This document shows positions 43,801-59,200 of a stretch of 64,000 nt of DNA, piece by piece. A program made the translations under genes and the position numbers. Numbering within the stretch: the stretch's first letter is position 1; every line of letters starts with the position of its first letter. Below the pieces are notes generated by a model. That model saw only the letters and a program-made list of their open reading frames with translations. It was not told the DNA's origin and did not search any database. This DNA comes from Phoronis australis (taxonomy: Eukaryota; Animalia; Phoronida), in NCBI GenBank assembly GCA_002633005.1, contig NMRA01000438.1:1-64000 (forward strand), given 5' to 3'.

Positions 43801-46800
43801 TTTAGACATATAATTGACACGGCGCAAGATGATCGGGTGCAAATTGCTCTACCTCAAAACTGGTGGCAAAAATTTGTCATCGCGGTGTCAATTTGCTCTG
43901 TGACAGTCAGTCCGTTTACACACTGGAACAACTCGTTCGTTTGTGTCAGCTGATCGTTTCAACTTTGTAATGTGTAAACAGCACTTTAGACACTACTGCC
44001 AGTATTCAAATTTTTAATTGTTATCCATGACTAGACTCAAAACTGAGTTTAATGAATGGATACATGCTGAAAATTACGTAATCTGTTTTGGTGCAGTCAA
44101 TTTTCTTGGCCATTGTTAGCCAGGGTCGATGACTCACTAAGAGATATTTCAATCTCAATTCTCTCACTTCATTTATTTTAAGTTCCAGTTGGTAAGTTCT
44201 CAATTCAACTTTTTCTGTAGCCTTTGAGATACCACCAGCTGTTGCTTTTATTCTGGGCTTCCAGTCACTTGTCTCCTTTGTGCCTATATGGATGTTTTAT
44301 GAATTTAAATCATGTGACTGGACATAGGAAGCACTGATGCAGTTTGTAGGGCATTAAGTTTGCGTGATTCTGTAGTTGTGGAGAGAAAACTTCACTTGTG
44401 ACGGAGAAATCAGAATACGGTTTGGTAGCAGCCCTTCATTGACACAAACTTGGTTGAAAACACGACTGTTAGTAGTTTTTGTTCGGCACAGAAATTGAAT
44501 TTTCTCCGTAAATCAGACTAGTCACTTCGGCGGTGGCCATTTTGCAAGTCTTTGATTTTAGGTGGTCTTGCGTGATCTCGCTTTTCTCGCAAGATATTTG
44601 CTCTGAAGATGTGGGATGGCAAACAAAGTACAGTGATTTCCTACAGAAATAATCGCCGAAGTTGTAATTTCCATTGGCAAAATGACGAAGTGCAATGTCG
44701 GAAATTGATAACATTTTATGGCATAACATTTAAAATCACTTTTCAGGCAATGAACTTGAAAAATATTTTATGTACTAGATTGCACGGGATATCTTCTTTG
44801 ACTGGTTATTAACTTGTGGTTATTATTATTTCTCCACGAACCACAACATTGGAGTTTTATTAAATTATAGACGTCTGTGATACTGAGGATCGTTAGCAGG
44901 TCCAGGAGCGTCATAGAAATCCATGCGGTTCTGAATACCCAGACGTTTAGGGTTTGCAAACTAAGGACTACCCCTTGTTCACAACAAAGGCAAATATGTG
45001 GCTTATTTCCTCTTGTCAAAACAGAGGGGCATTTTTTATTGGGCAAATTGGATATCAGGTTGCAACTCTGAACTTCAGTCCTTCTTTCAATGTTTTGTTG
45101 ACTGTGGCGTATCTTGGTTGGTAGTGTGTACTTCAAGGTTAGTAATAATTTTATGTTACGGGCATGTTGAGGTTGCTGTCGGGGGAACGTTTTGGAGGCC
45201 TTTTTAAACTTGTTTACTCTCAGGAATGTAAGCATGAGACAGAACGGAAAATCAAATTGTTGTATCATGGTCTTATTTGTAATGTTGATTCACTGAGCTG
45301 GTACATGTAGTCTACTGAATGCATAATTTGCTAACTAGTTGTGAACAAAATATAAGTTCCTTATAAAAAAGCAGTTCATGTTTTATTATGAATAGGAACC
45401 ACAAGTTATGAGCTGATGGTTCAAATACTAGGTTCACACGGCTGGTAAAAATGATGGCTGTTTTATTGACTAAAACAGTAGCGAATATACTAAAAGAGCC
45501 AAAAAGAGTGTCCGTGAAGGGATCATTTTGGCTAGGAGTTTGTTTCTTCACTACCCATGTTGCTTTTCAGCAAAAATTGATTTCAAAACATGTTCACTAT
45601 CTGCTATGAATTGATTATTAATGCTATAAACAAAGGCTTTTTCCCTAGTGGATGTTTGTCCTTTGAAGTGAGCCCTCTGGCTACGAAAGTGCAAGTGCGA
45701 AAACGGCAACAGTTTCAGGGCAACTCAAAACTGCCAACAAAGCAACAACAATGATAACACTTGTAACCTGGTTACATTATTAGTATTTTTAGGATCGAAA
45801 GGGCTTGGTGAGAATTCCAGCATTTTAACCAATATCTGAAAAGGGTAAAAGGTTTTACTAAAATTTTGAAATTGCCTTAATCAGTTCAGCAAGTTTGAGC
45901 TATCTTTCTTAATTGTTTAAGTGCTATCCGACTACGTATCAGTAACTTATCAATGTCTTGTTTATATGCCAGCTTTTCGATACTTTAAACTGAACTTTTC
46001 TTACTTGCTTTTTTATAAAGCTCTGACTTTCAGTGATTGCATTTTGTTTTCTGCTCAGTATCCATCGATTAATTACAAACTAATGCACATATAAAAAACG
46101 TTGGATAAGATGAAGCGTGAACATATTTAAACCTCAATCTACTGTAATTTCCTCACCGTAACAATGAGCAATTTTCCCACACAACAATCATTAAACGAAT
46201 TGATGATGACAGTAACGCGTCTGTATTCCAGATCTCTTGTGTCATACCTCAGTAACATCAGCTCTGATCACGTCACGTAATATTAATCCAGGTGCGGCAT
46301 TACCTGAATTACTCAAAGTTCCCAGTCTCTTCAAATATTGATCACAAGTCATCAGGCTGGCTGAGGTCTTGTAATGACTGTGTAATTCGTTTCTCAACAA
46401 TAGACCCTTGGTGTCATTGTCCTGTTTGTCTTTCCTGACTTCCATTGTTTTCAGGGATGTTTTCTTTCGGAATCCTTCAGGTTTCCGTTTGGCAGCTTAT
46501 GTGTTGTTCAAAGTGGGAAGCTGTATCTCTCCTGTTTATAACATGCTTTGATATTCAGTGTTGGCAAGGACAGGTAATTAATTCTTGGTGTTTGGAAAAT
46601 TTTAGTATGATGTAGTTCTGACTTTATTTCTGTTTCTGTTGACAAAGGACGTTATTACGTTAGAAAATTTCATTTGATCCATTCTTGTTGTTTTATTTAC
46701 CTATTTGTAGTTCTGAAGGTATGCAGGGATATTTATTGGCCGTTTTACCTGATATATGACAACTAAACTCACGCGTCAAAAAGTGGCCGAATTTGAAGAA

Positions 46801-47494
46801 TGTTTTTCCTGTTGAAACTATAGCTTCAAACTATTTCATGAATATTGCGACGTGAGAAACTCGTTAAATTCAATTAATGTTCACAGATTTGATTGGGATA
46901 TGAAGTCGGACGCAACACTAATTACGCGTCGGCCATAGCCACTAACGTGAAACTTTTAAGTTGGTACTGACGAACCTTGGCACTTACAGATTTAATGTAG
47001 GTCCTTATTAGCAATTCTGTGGTTTAGCCAGATGTCTAGACAAAATAGAAATCAAATCTGTAAAAATCAATGTTTTGTAGTCATTCATTGGCTCACGTGA
47101 TATAAATGGTCAAGATGAAATTTCAAATATGCGGTTACGGTTTTCTATTCATTTTCGTTTTACCTAATTGATGATTTTTTCAGAAATCATACACGTCCTG
47201 TTATGTGATAGTTTCTAATCAAAAGTAGCAATGTTTTGAAAAATTCTTAAGGTGTATAAATATATATTTTCAGTGAGACGAGGATAATATGAGGAAATAG
47301 TTTATCCCATTCAACCCGCCATCTTTTTGGTCACATCACGTATTTTTTAGAACATTGCGATTCACCAGCTAAGTCTACAGTTGTATAGGAATCCGTTCAG
47401 CAATTTCCGAGACACAACATTCAAGTTAGCCAAATGTAGACACTTTTCTAGAGTTCCACACAATGAACTCCATTCTGTCCACGGTGTAGTACGG

Positions 47495-47530
47495 TGTAAT
47501 AATGTGTAATAATGTGTAATAATGTGTAAT
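47495..47530. repeat. 10-bp tandem repeat (tgtaataatg) x3.6
   Basis: Directly visible. Confidence 0.9.
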
Positions 47531-50500
47531 TATGAACAACAATTCCCTGTAATAAATATAGTTCGAGGGAGGAGTCCCTCCCAAAAACAGGAAGGAAAAC
47601 AATGGCAATCAGAGATGGTACTGTGTGAGGCTTTAATGAGCCATAAAGTTAATTGAGCACTCCTGGTATTTAGGTATACTGTCCTGACAGTTGAATGGGT
47701 GGTTAGGTTGTTTTAAAACCCCCTGAAGCCTGTTTCATTTCAGCTCCTTGTAAAATCTCATTCTGTCAACCAGGAAGCAGATCTTGACAGCCCTGACTTG
47801 ACTATCATTTTGACCTCTGACCTGGTTATCCAGATGTACAAATTCATTGCTGGTTGGGCTATTGTGTTTAGATGGCGGACACTGATAGTGGCGCAGATGT
47901 CTGAACTGTGATGTTATTGTACAGTGGTTTCCCATGTTAGCTCTAGCCAGAAGTTTTCCTGTTTGGATTCATGGCAACAAAATCTTTGCAAACTCTTTGC
48001 TCCCGGGTAAGTTGTGTTGTGCTATTCCTGAGCAGTTTAAAAAAAAGTGTGGTCAAAGTTGCCAAGCTTTATTCTGTGTGATTTCATTCATTTTGTTGCC
48101 AAGTAAGTTTTATTTCTATCCATCTCTGCGAGGTCCTTACCAAAGCTTGACTGTGGCTCACAGGTTTGTCAACTTAACAATTTACCGTCATCCGCTTCAT
48201 AGTCTAAAAAAAGTTTGGATGACAATCATAAATTTCTGTTCTACTTTTTCTACTGACGTCAAGTGGCTGCGCTGGAACATGAGCAAAATATCTGCCAACC
48301 ACAGTTCCGCACCTGTCCATTGCAGTAGCTAGCTATGGACATGGACTTGCATTTAAACTTAGTTAACAAACTCAGACTTATTTCACGGTTTAGGACATCC
48401 CACGTTAATTTCAGTTTCAAATCCCGGTTTACAGATTCCCAGTTTCAGGTTCTCACAAGTCAAAAATCACGTTTCACGGATCATGAAAAACGTCCCTCCT
48501 AAAATTTCTGTTTCTTTTCCCACAATTCACATGGCATTGTAACTTACCATATGTTACTTTGTAAAGCAGGGAACCTGTCAATGTGCTGCTGGTTTATGTG
48601 CTAATTGCCATCAGCAGCAGTTCTTAGGCCAAGAAAAGTTTCTTTGATGATCTTGTTGTCCAATGGCGTATCTTCCTCCGTGGTGTTGTTTCCCGTATAT
48701 TTTTTGTATTTTCCTGTTTTTGGCATCCCATGTCACGTGAAACAGAATTTGAATCCAGGACTCACAGAATAAGTTGTTGTTTTCAACAAGTTTCTTTTTG
48801 GAATTTAACTATCAACTGTTAATGTTTACTTTAGTTAAATCATGAAATTGACCATGTTTCAAGCATTGCTGTGAATGCCCTTTAAAGCATGTGTCATAGT
48901 AGCAGCTATTTATGTGGCTTGAACACTGCTGTTTTCATTCGAAAAACTTTGTGTTGCTGAATCTCAGTTTTCTCACTGAGATTGAAATTGAGCACATCAG
49001 GAATGATGGAGTGCTGTCAGTGGCAATGCTCTGCTAAGTCTTGAAGCTGAGACTAACTGTTCTGTGTTCTTGATTAATTTTTTTCAAATGTCACGGTAAA
49101 AAGCCTCCAGTTTGGGACAACCTTAAAAATTTGAGACATAGAAATTCAAGTAGACATCGATTTTCTTGATTCTGACGATTGGTACTTGAGTGATTTTGGT
49201 TTCCCTCTTTTTCTCAAATTTTGGACCCTCATAGATGACAGTAGTCTTGTACAGGCATCCTGCATTTCGATTACCGGTTTTCTTCACTGAATTTAGGCAC
49301 ATGAGATTCAGACTGCTGTTGGCACTAAACTGTAAAGGTGGCATTGACGTTTAAAAGGTTGAGATCGCACTGTCACAATTGATATATCAACCATTAAGCA
49401 AATTTGCGTAGAGGCTCAAGAATTTGAGCACAGATGGGGGTCGGCTGTAAAGGACTGAAGAGAAGTCAGAACACCAAACTTTAAAAAGTATGAGACTGGA
49501 TTCCAGTTAGTTGTATTGTGTTGTCTGGGTAACTGCTAATCCCGTCATGCTCCTGTTGTGTCCACACACAGTCTATCCTAGAACAACTTGCACTAGTGCA
49601 ACTTACCCCTCTTTGAGTAGAGCGTGCACGCAATGACCTATCCCATTACTAGGGTTAGGCAGAAGTTGTTGCTCTGTGCGTGACAATGAACACCTAATGC
49701 CAATATGACGCGCAAGAGAAAACCCGTCTGTACGTAACCGCTGATTATGACTTCCGCCCTTCCCCACTTTTGCAGCCACACAGTTTTTACATGTGGCGCA
49801 AGTTACCTTAGAACCAGTAACCCCACCTGGATAATATGGAGCAAGTTGTCATAAGTCGGGTAAGTTGCGCTACTTTAAGTAGCGTTCAGACAGCACTCAA
49901 ACCTAGCGACAAGTGACAACTCATTCCAGAAGTAACTTCCAGGAGTAATGTTCGAGCAGTAACTTGTTCAACAGTAAGTCTATAAGTGGAGGACACTTTA
50001 ATGTCATGGATGAGGACAGCATTTAATTACATGCTTTCTGCTGGTTACACATGGTCATTCAACTGCCATCTGGTGGCTTGACAACATGGTGCAGGTTGTT
50101 GACATTAGTCCTGGTATTTTAGTTAAAGGTTCTTAACGATTTGTTATGCACATTTAATCTGCCTCCAAAAACTATTTTCTAACTTACACGTGACTGTTTT
50201 TGACGGGCGAGGGCTCTGGCTTTGTTATTTCTTTGGTTTGGCCATCATGCTGTCAAATTGCCAGTATTGTATGAGTGAGGTTTTCAGAACTTGTCAATAT
50301 ATCGGAAATATCCAGCATTGTAAAATGTCCACGAAAAAAAGATCTTGTATTTAATCTTTGTCCGTTCAGCGTATGTTGTGCTCGTCAGATCAAATGAAAG
50401 TTGCTTTTGTGCTCTTCCAAGCCTGACGAATTGAATGTTTGGTGGCTTTATGGAGTACGGTACACGCCTCACAACCCCAGCCACCTCCTTGATATTGATG

Positions 50501-53500
50501 TGAATTTGCTAAAATCAAATCTGAATTAAGCATGGTTTTCGTGGAATTTGAATTTTCTGAACTCGTGGAAAACTGCTTAAACGTGGTGGCACGTAAAATC
50601 GGCTTCATTTCACATGTCTCCCCAAGTTGCAAATTAACCAAGTTCCAAACATTTACATGTGCATGAAAATCAGTGGGCTGAGATTACAAAAACAGTTTTC
50701 ACTTCCTGGTTTCATAAGTGAGGCCTGCCAACTGAACTTAACAGCAGTTCTTCTAATTAGCACACAATATGGCTGACAAGTGAAACTTTATTCTGTCACA
50801 TTTTAACACAGAAGTGTGGATTAAGAAAATTTTAATTGATTACTGGCTTAGTTTGCACTGTGTAGATGGCGTAAAGCAATATTTGAATAGGTGAAGAATT
50901 ACGCATCATTGTGAATCGATACTGTCATTCCAGGCTGTTGGACTACTATGTATCCAGTCAAGCCAGTGGAACTTCTTCATTGCTTTTGCTAACTGCTGTA
51001 CAGTTCACCAGGAACCATAGAACATGTCATCTTGAGAGCATTGCTGTTATCTCTCTGAACTTTTATGTCCTTGAGAATATCGGTCTATGAGTGAAACTGA
51101 AGTGGGAACATAGTTCACAAACAGGGCTTCAACACATTGACCTCTGACTTGATCTTCCCCCCAAGCCTCAATTCAATTGTCTGCAAGTGCTCAAATGTTG
51201 TAGGGGCCTAACCAGAGGGTTGTGTGTGACCTTATACAACTGTCTCATGTCAAAAGTGGGTGTATGACTTTGGTATTGGAAACAATCTCACCTGTTGAAA
51301 GGACACAATATGATTCATGGATTGACATCCCAATTTTTTATTATTTTCCATGAAACATAATGGTCCAGGACAAAACACCAAATTAAATGCTTTTATGTGG
51401 TTTTTGTACCACAGCTACTCTTAGAAAATTTTTAAAAAATTTGTGGGCTTGTAGCAATTTGTTTGGTGATGGTCGAATATAAGATGCCCGAATTTTGAGA
51501 ACCAGTTTTCTCTACTGAATAACGGTTATCAAACTGGTTCTCAAAATACAGGCATGTTATGTCTGACTGTTGTCACTCGATTAGGCCAAAACTGGTGAGA
51601 TTTAACTGTATCACGGTGCACCTTAACTAACTCTTAGTATGATTACTTTGCACCTGTTACGTTCATTTTCAAGAATTTGGTTACTAGAGCTGGCAGTCAA
51701 TGACCTGTCGCATCAGCCCTGCATGCGGGTTGTAGTGGTGATTTTCTGTTCTAGGGAGAGAGGTGCATCAACAGCAAGGCTGTGTTCAGCAGACCTAACT
51801 TGCTACCGGGGAAAAGCCAATGCAATTACTTGTCTCGTTTATGCGTGGCAATATCGCAAAGTAGTTGCGTTATCTCGGACTTTTGCAAATTTCCTGCAGG
51901 TCTACAGACCACAGTCCAGGTCATCACCCAGTGATCTACCACTTTAAATAAACCTTTCAAAGTTTGATAAAAAAGAACTGAGTGATAAATTACTATTTAT
52001 TCAAATGCTTAATCTTCTTTTTGTTTTGTTCTCTATAGAAAAGATTGCATCCAAAGGGATTTCTTATGAGTATCAATGAGTTGTGCACTCCCAGGCTATT
52101 ATTGCTAAGCACGCATTCAGTCTTTAGAACCAGGCAAAGGTCGCCCTGACCTTCATTCTCCTCTCCTGTTGGAGTTCTATCTCAAATGATCTTTGTTGGA
52201 GTTCTGCAATCCATCATCTCTTTCCCCTTACTAAGTAGAAGACACTGTTCTGGTCAATGGAGTGGTCGCTGTTTGAATTTTTGGAAATTGAGTGCGGTGT
52301 ATTTTGCTCTTTTGTAAAAAATCCAGGAAACTGTGCTGAGATAGTGTGCTAATTGTCTGCTTATTCTAGACAGAAATTATTGCAATTTTGCCATTTTCCA
52401 CTATTCTAAGTCTGATATTGCAAATAATGGAAGCTTTACTAAATGTTGAACGTATTTAATGACATTTACACGGTACAAAGCAGGCTAGTATTAAAGAGAC
52501 TCAATTTTTCTGTTAATCTGAATTATATTTTGTTGAGAAATTTTACACTAAAGAATATTCCTTCTCGCCATAGTGTGCGGTAAATAGTTGAGGAATTCCC
52601 CAACTGACAGTGGTGGGACCTGCCCAGTATCTTTTGCTGTCAGTCACAATGGTGCGCCAGCCAAAAACAACACCAGTCAGTCAGGCTAAATACCAGCTTC
52701 AATATTTATCCAACCCCTGATGTTGTTTTCATAAAGCCAGTATTGAAACAGTCTACTGCAGTGGCTGCAGTGTGTCAAGAAGCCAATATGTGGTGTCTGT
52801 TTGCAGTAATTTTGTTGAAGCCAAAGGGTACAGTCTGCACTAGACTGGTGCCTGGGTTTGGGAAAACCTCTTATCCTGTTTCATAGTGCACAAGTTGCCT
52901 GGACCATTGTACCCATTTATCCCACATTTCATTACTTGTGATTGAAATGCAAGTGTGTTGCCAGTGGATTTTCGTTAACTACCTCATTATAGAAATTTGT
53001 GTTCTCTAACTAATTTCTGGTTTTAGTACTTCCAGGAGTGATGAATGGTTTTAATTGCTATTAGAAATTTGGGTGACCTCTGCCTCTGGCTGATTGCTCA
53101 ATTGGTTCATGGCAGTAACATACTTTTGGGTTGTGTTCTGCAGCAATTGTCGTTTGTCAAAATTTGTGCTATAATGTAAAGTTTCGTCAGCTGCTGAGTG
53201 AAAGTGTCTTGGTCTGTCATGTTCGTGGCGTTCAACACCTTAGGTTTCTTCTGGATATTACTAACTGTAGGCTGAGATATTCTTGGCATCTGCTAGAATA
53301 GTTCAATTGGCTTAGGGGTTGTTTGAGTATTTATAAAATAATTTCTTAACAGTCAATCTTCTGTTTACTCAACATAAACACTAGGGGTAAATGTACTGTG
53401 ACTGGAAATCAGCTTGGGTGGGTTTGCAGTGACCTCTGGTGAAGATCCTGAGGATGTTATGTACAGTACAGATTAGCTGCAGTTAAAGTAACCAACTCAT

Positions 53501-54633
53501 CAATTTCAAATAAAAATAATTGCTAAAACTACCGTTTTCTTATTTTTGTGGACTTCTTACGTTGGTGTGAGTGTATGCAATTTTTCAAAATGTGACCTGA
53601 TCGTATGGTAACAGAACTTGAGCTTGGCAAAACATTGTTTTCTAATAGTCCTTATCATTGATGAAAAACGAGAAAAACAAAATTCTTCTTGTCCACCATA
53701 CTGTGTCCTAAAGAACATTTGGTAAAAGGTAAATATTCTCCTGTTTGGGGTTGCCAATATTGCTTACGTCTAAACTTTGGTACAAGGTCCAACCAGTTGA
53801 GCAAACTGGCTAATCTTGTGATCAACATAGGTTGGTTGATATTTTTGTAAAACTTCAAATCTATTTTCAAGCTCTGCTTATTAATATGTAGCATGGTATC
53901 CGATATGCCCAAAACGGCCTGCTTCCGTTCTTCAGAATTGAGAAGATTCAATTTCGCGTTGAATTTCAACTTCCTAAACTTTTGAGACCTTCCCAAACTG
54001 TAGAATTTTTACTGTAGTGAGATTTTACCAGTGAATGGTAGCTCTTCAGCCTGCTCTGAGTGGTCATGAGCCGGATTGTTTGTGATTCCCTGCAAGGGAA
54101 AGCAATTCAAATGTTTTAATTTTGTATGGTGTAAGGGGCTACACCACATTCAGTGACTTCATTGGTTCCTTGAAGCCCGCGATATTTTAATGTGCCAGAG
54201 TGGAAATTTGACCGCATTCTCAGACTGGCTAAAACGCTAGCTTTTTCGCCAACACTTTCACCAGAAGCAAATGGTAGTCATGCGTCACTTTTGTTAGCAC
54301 TTTGCTGGTGGTTTGAGTTACCCCAAAACTGCTGGCGTTTTAGCATGCGTTTTTTTTTTTTTACCAGACCGCTTACTTCAAAGGACACGCGTGTGCAGGG
54401 GAAAGGGCCCCTTGTTTATCACCGCATTAATGACTGGCTGTTCTGACATTAATTTTTGCTTTAAAAAACTTGGGTGGTGTTGAAACCAACTAACTGCTGA
54501 TAAAAATGTTGGTCTTCCCTTCTGTCAGGCTGAAACACTCAAGCCAAAGAAACTGGTAGTGTGTTTGCCATTTGCCGAGTAAATGACTTTTTACTCAATC
54601 TTTGACCCTGGACTAAGTATGTGACAAATTTCT

Positions 54634-54789
54634 CTGGGCAGAGTTCAATAACGCTAGGACCTTGCTAAAGGGCTAGACTTCACGAGATTACGTGAGGTAT
54701 TGCCATGTATTTTAAATGAGAACGCATGATTTTGGCTGGATTTCAGCGAGGTCCTAGTGTAGGTCCTAGCATTATTGAACTTTAGCCTG
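54634..54789. mobile_element. Short MITE (~155 bp) with ~20-bp TIR core
   Basis: agttcaataacgctaggacc on the left vs ggtcctagcattattgaact on the right (one mismatch). Confidence 0.7.
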
Positions 54790-55494
54790 GTCTGCCCTGA
54801 CTTTGTTCACAGCATGAGTGCCAAGGCCTGCTGGCATTGACTGTTATTCATTACTTGGACTCTGGCAGGATTTCAACTTGAATTTTAAAATTGCAAGCAC
54901 AATATATTTATAAGTTAATGTTAAAACATGAAGCAAACTTGAAGAAACAAAAGTTTTTCATAGGTTTAAATCTCAGAACTACAACTGATACAAGCATCCG
55001 TGCTTTTTTTGCAAAGCAAAGTTCAGAAAATCAGGGTCATGCTTGTGCTAAATTTGAGCCCTGTGTCCTATAATCAACACCCTCAGCACTTGGAACTTAC
55101 CAATAGCCTGGGGCTCACTTCACAGTAGACCTATGGTACATACAACCACTTGCATAAGCCCTTTGGTGGTTAGTGAAATACTACACTTTATGCAGTGTGT
55201 ACTTGTGTTGAACCTAGATAGCTGTTCCTACTTGTTTTTGAATGAGTTTGACTGGAGAGGTTTGAAGTGAAACCTGTGGAGAAATCTATTATGGATCTCC
55301 AGTCAATGGAATTTGTGGCAAGGCCATGCATTTTTTACAGGGTAATATCCATTTCAGCAGCTCAGCAGGGCACTTGACTTTAGAATATGAATGGTTGTAA
55401 AATGAATGATGTAGCCATTGATATTTCCGTGACTGTAGTATTGAATTTAATATTTGCTATGGTAGACTGTCAGTGTGTGGATTGAATAAAATGA

Positions 55495-56220
55495 GTTTTG
55501 TTCCTCACAGCTGCCACAAATAGTTTAGCCATTAAAAAAAATTTAAAGCTCTTGGTGGTGAATCGGTGGTTCATTTAGAGTCTAAAATTGACAATAATGA
55601 ATGAAAAGTTGTAGAAATGGCAGCAAAATAGTGATCAAGATCCTGAATTTTAATCCTTTGAAAATATGACTTACCAAACTTGTCCTCTGTGCTGCACCTT
55701 CAGTTTTAGCTCAAGCATGTTCTAGAGTTGCAGGGTATTGATGATGTTAGTTTTGGGTCAAATTAGTAACAGAAAACTCAGCACAATTGTTGTCAGCATT
55801 GTGTATGTGCACATATACCATGACCAACGTTTGGTTTGGATGTAATTCAATTCACCATCCTCAAGGAGGAAGGTTGTAGAGTAAGGCAAGAACTGTAAAA
55901 TAGCCAGGAATGTTTAACTGGACTGGTCATGGTTGTTAACATGTGGGTTTTGTTCCTCACAGCTGCCACATATATAGTTTTAGCCATTAAAAGCAACATT
56001 TAAACTCTTGTTGAAAAGATGAATCAGTGTCTCATTCATGGTTAGAATCTGACTCTGAAAATTCGAAGTGTCCCCAAGGCATTATCCGTAAATCAAAAGT
56101 TGTGGAAATGGTGATATGACTTTGTTTTATCAATCTGTTAATTAATCCATCGAATACACGACTTTTTACAGGTGTCCTGAGCTGCAAGTTCAGTTTTACC
56201 TCAGGTTTTATCTAGGGTAG
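55495..56220. repeat. Diverged local duplication, offset ~452 bp
   Basis: gttttgttcctcacagctgccaca...tttagccattaaaa at ~55495 and ~55947. Similarity continues through aaaagttgtrgaaatgg and ttcagtttta-ctca. Confidence 0.7.
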
Positions 56221-59200
56221 TCATTAGTAAATTACCCAGGAATGTTATTGGAGTGGTTGCCAAGATACATCTCTTGGGTGTCTGGAAACCACTGACCATA
56301 GGGACCAGATAGTTTAGTTTAGGTATTGAGATTAGTCAACCATGACAAGTTGTTACCTAGCCTACTGCTGGTGGTATATTTTGTTTCTTAAGGCAGCTGT
56401 GTGTTTCGTGGGTGTCATTTAGCATTATTGTGGGCAAAAACTTCAAAGTTGACGCTGAGGGAGTACATGTATAGTGAGAATGGTTGAGACCATATAGCAG
56501 TTATTCAGTGTTGCATATGCTAACATTTTAACTTCAGCATTCTCCCCAAAAGAAAACAAACCCAAATTCGATGAGAATATAACAAAATTCATGTTGTAGA
56601 ACGTACTCAAAGTTGTGTGTCTGTACTATTGGGACTTTGTTGTTGTAAGTCTAAATAAAATATCCTAATTTGCTAAAAAGAACTAATGTTCGGTAACAGC
56701 AGTTCAAACTCATTGCATAAGTTTTCAAACTCAAGGCACCAGTGTAGCCATGCTCGGATGAGCGGAATTGAATGTTGCCACGCCGAGTCCAAAAAGATTA
56801 TGGAGAACATTGATCCAAAGAAATACTCTTTGCCTAGCAGTCGTTTACGCTAGCAGGTTGTCTCACCACCTGTCTCAGTCACTTTTATTTAAAGAAGCAA
56901 TTGTTGTTTTTGTCTGAAAGAAGCTCTTTGTAAGGTACTTTTAACAAGTCATTGGCCTTTTTACTGATGGTCAGAGAGGTCATGTTCAAAGGACTGTAGG
57001 ATATTGGTCATACCTAGAAGTATAGCCAGCAGGTAAATGTATGAGGTATATGAGATGACTTCATTTTAGTAGCAATTCTAGCAGCCAGATGTTCAGTTGA
57101 CCAAAAGTGTGAGTTGGTAGCATCTATCCAAAATCAATTGCCAGCTTACCGAAGAGACGATCGCCCGCGTGACAATGCCTTTCTGGATTCCGGATATGAA
57201 GGAAGCGTGTACTACAAATCGTGTGTTCAGAGATGCGCGCACATTGATTTTCGCTATCCGTGGTAAACAGGTCAATTAATGTCTCAGACAGTAAGTAAAA
57301 ATGCAATCTTTTCTCTTTTGTGTGAACGTGTCCTTTGAAGTAAGCTCTATGGCTACAAAAACGTCAGCAGTAACTCAATGCCAATCGAGAATGAACCTGT
57401 TCAGGTTACTGATTTAGTTTTTTCATATTACATTGTTCGTGTATACACTAGAGATAACAGGAGCACAAGGAAAACCCATTTACACCCTCGTTCACACCTT
57501 CCTGACTTCATTGCGGAGAGAGTGGTCTAGAAAAGGTCACATTTAATAGCAAGTTTCTGAAGGACACCTGGTGTTCACCTAAGTTACCATCTATATATTA
57601 AAACGCTAACTTTGGGTACGGATCTTGGCTCCGACTCTGTCTAACGAGGACACCCGCCCCCTTTCAACTCCTCTGTCTTCCCGATGAAAAAACGCCAGAT
57701 TACACTTAGTGCTTTAAAGATTAGCATTTTAGAATACACTATGGTGAAAATGTGAAATTTTCTTTTCTTATTTATTCCGTAAAGGACGCAGAGAGCATCG
57801 AGTTAATGCTTTTCCATGTTCAAGTTCTGTACCATAACTACTATGTAACGTGGTTGTTCCCAACAATGATAGAAGACCTTGAAAAGGGAAAGTGACACTT
57901 TATCGGAAGTTCTAGAAAATTGTAGACTTACGATAAGTATTTATTCAAATCCACAGTTCTCACATTGCAAGAGAGGCTGTTGAAGAGCACCCTGTACAAT
58001 TTGTCTATAATCAAAGAGGCCTATTTGTCATGAAAGTAGATATAAGGAAGGTCCTATTGTTTGGAGTATCACTGAAGTTCGGAATGGCTTCCCAGTGCTC
58101 AATGAATACTGGCTAAATTAATTGGTATATTGTGTACTAAAACTGGTGATTTTTTTTCTGGTTGCTGTCTGAAGTTGAATTCCTTATAGAATAGTTGAGT
58201 TACGAATTTACCTGAATAAATACAATAAGGTCGCCACCCCTCATCTGCAATACCTCACAGTGGTTAAAACTAACATTTTGCTTAAGTGATCTTAATCATT
58301 GGAGGGGAATTTTATGTTTTATTTCTCATAGTGAAATGGAGCCGATATACTGGCACAAATTTCAAGCATAGAGGGTCCTGGAATTGCTCTACTGCAACCA
58401 GTCCAGTTGCTGGATTTTTGAACTCTCCTGCTAGATTCCTTTGTAAACAAAAGACCTTCAAAGCTATATCTAAACCACATAACAGTTCATCATAAACAAA
58501 GCATCTCTCCAGATGACTTTTGTCTAGGGCCTGTTGATGCCCTGTTGGTTTATGCTGTCCCCATTGCTGGTGATTAGTTAGGTAAGCCTCTTGGGAACTA
58601 TAACAGCTCCTAATTTGGGTGCTCATAAGTCCTGTAGTTTAACACACATTAAATTATATAGCTAAGGGCAGTAACAGGCAACTAAGGCAAGGCCAGTTCA
58701 CACTATGGCTATGTTCAGATTAACTGAACCTGGTTTTAACTCTGTAGTTGTAACAGATATAATTGTCACTGTTCACATTGACAATTTTGTAATGCAATCA
58801 CAAAGACAACACAAATTCCATTGTTTTAGAGCTCTGGTCAAAAAGTCTATCCCACTTTATAATTTCAGAAATACAATTTCTGTCTGTAAAATCAGTAATG
58901 TCCCTTTAAATGTCTTTTTGAAAACTGGATTTTTTATTCTCCTTGGTACTTTGTGTTTCGGCTTGTTCTGTTCAACCTCCTGGGATTTTATGACTGTTGT
59001 TTTCGGACAATTAGCCTAATAATTATCAAAATTTTAGTAGTTTTGAAGTAGGAATGATCCTTCACGTGGCTGACAACGCAGGCATCAGATCCTCAGATAC
59101 GGTAGTCTGTTAAATGTGAGGGAGCTTTCTTGTGTCCTGGTTTTGTTTTAAAATAATTTTCGTTTAATGTAGAGTAATGTATCTATGGTAAAATATCAAT

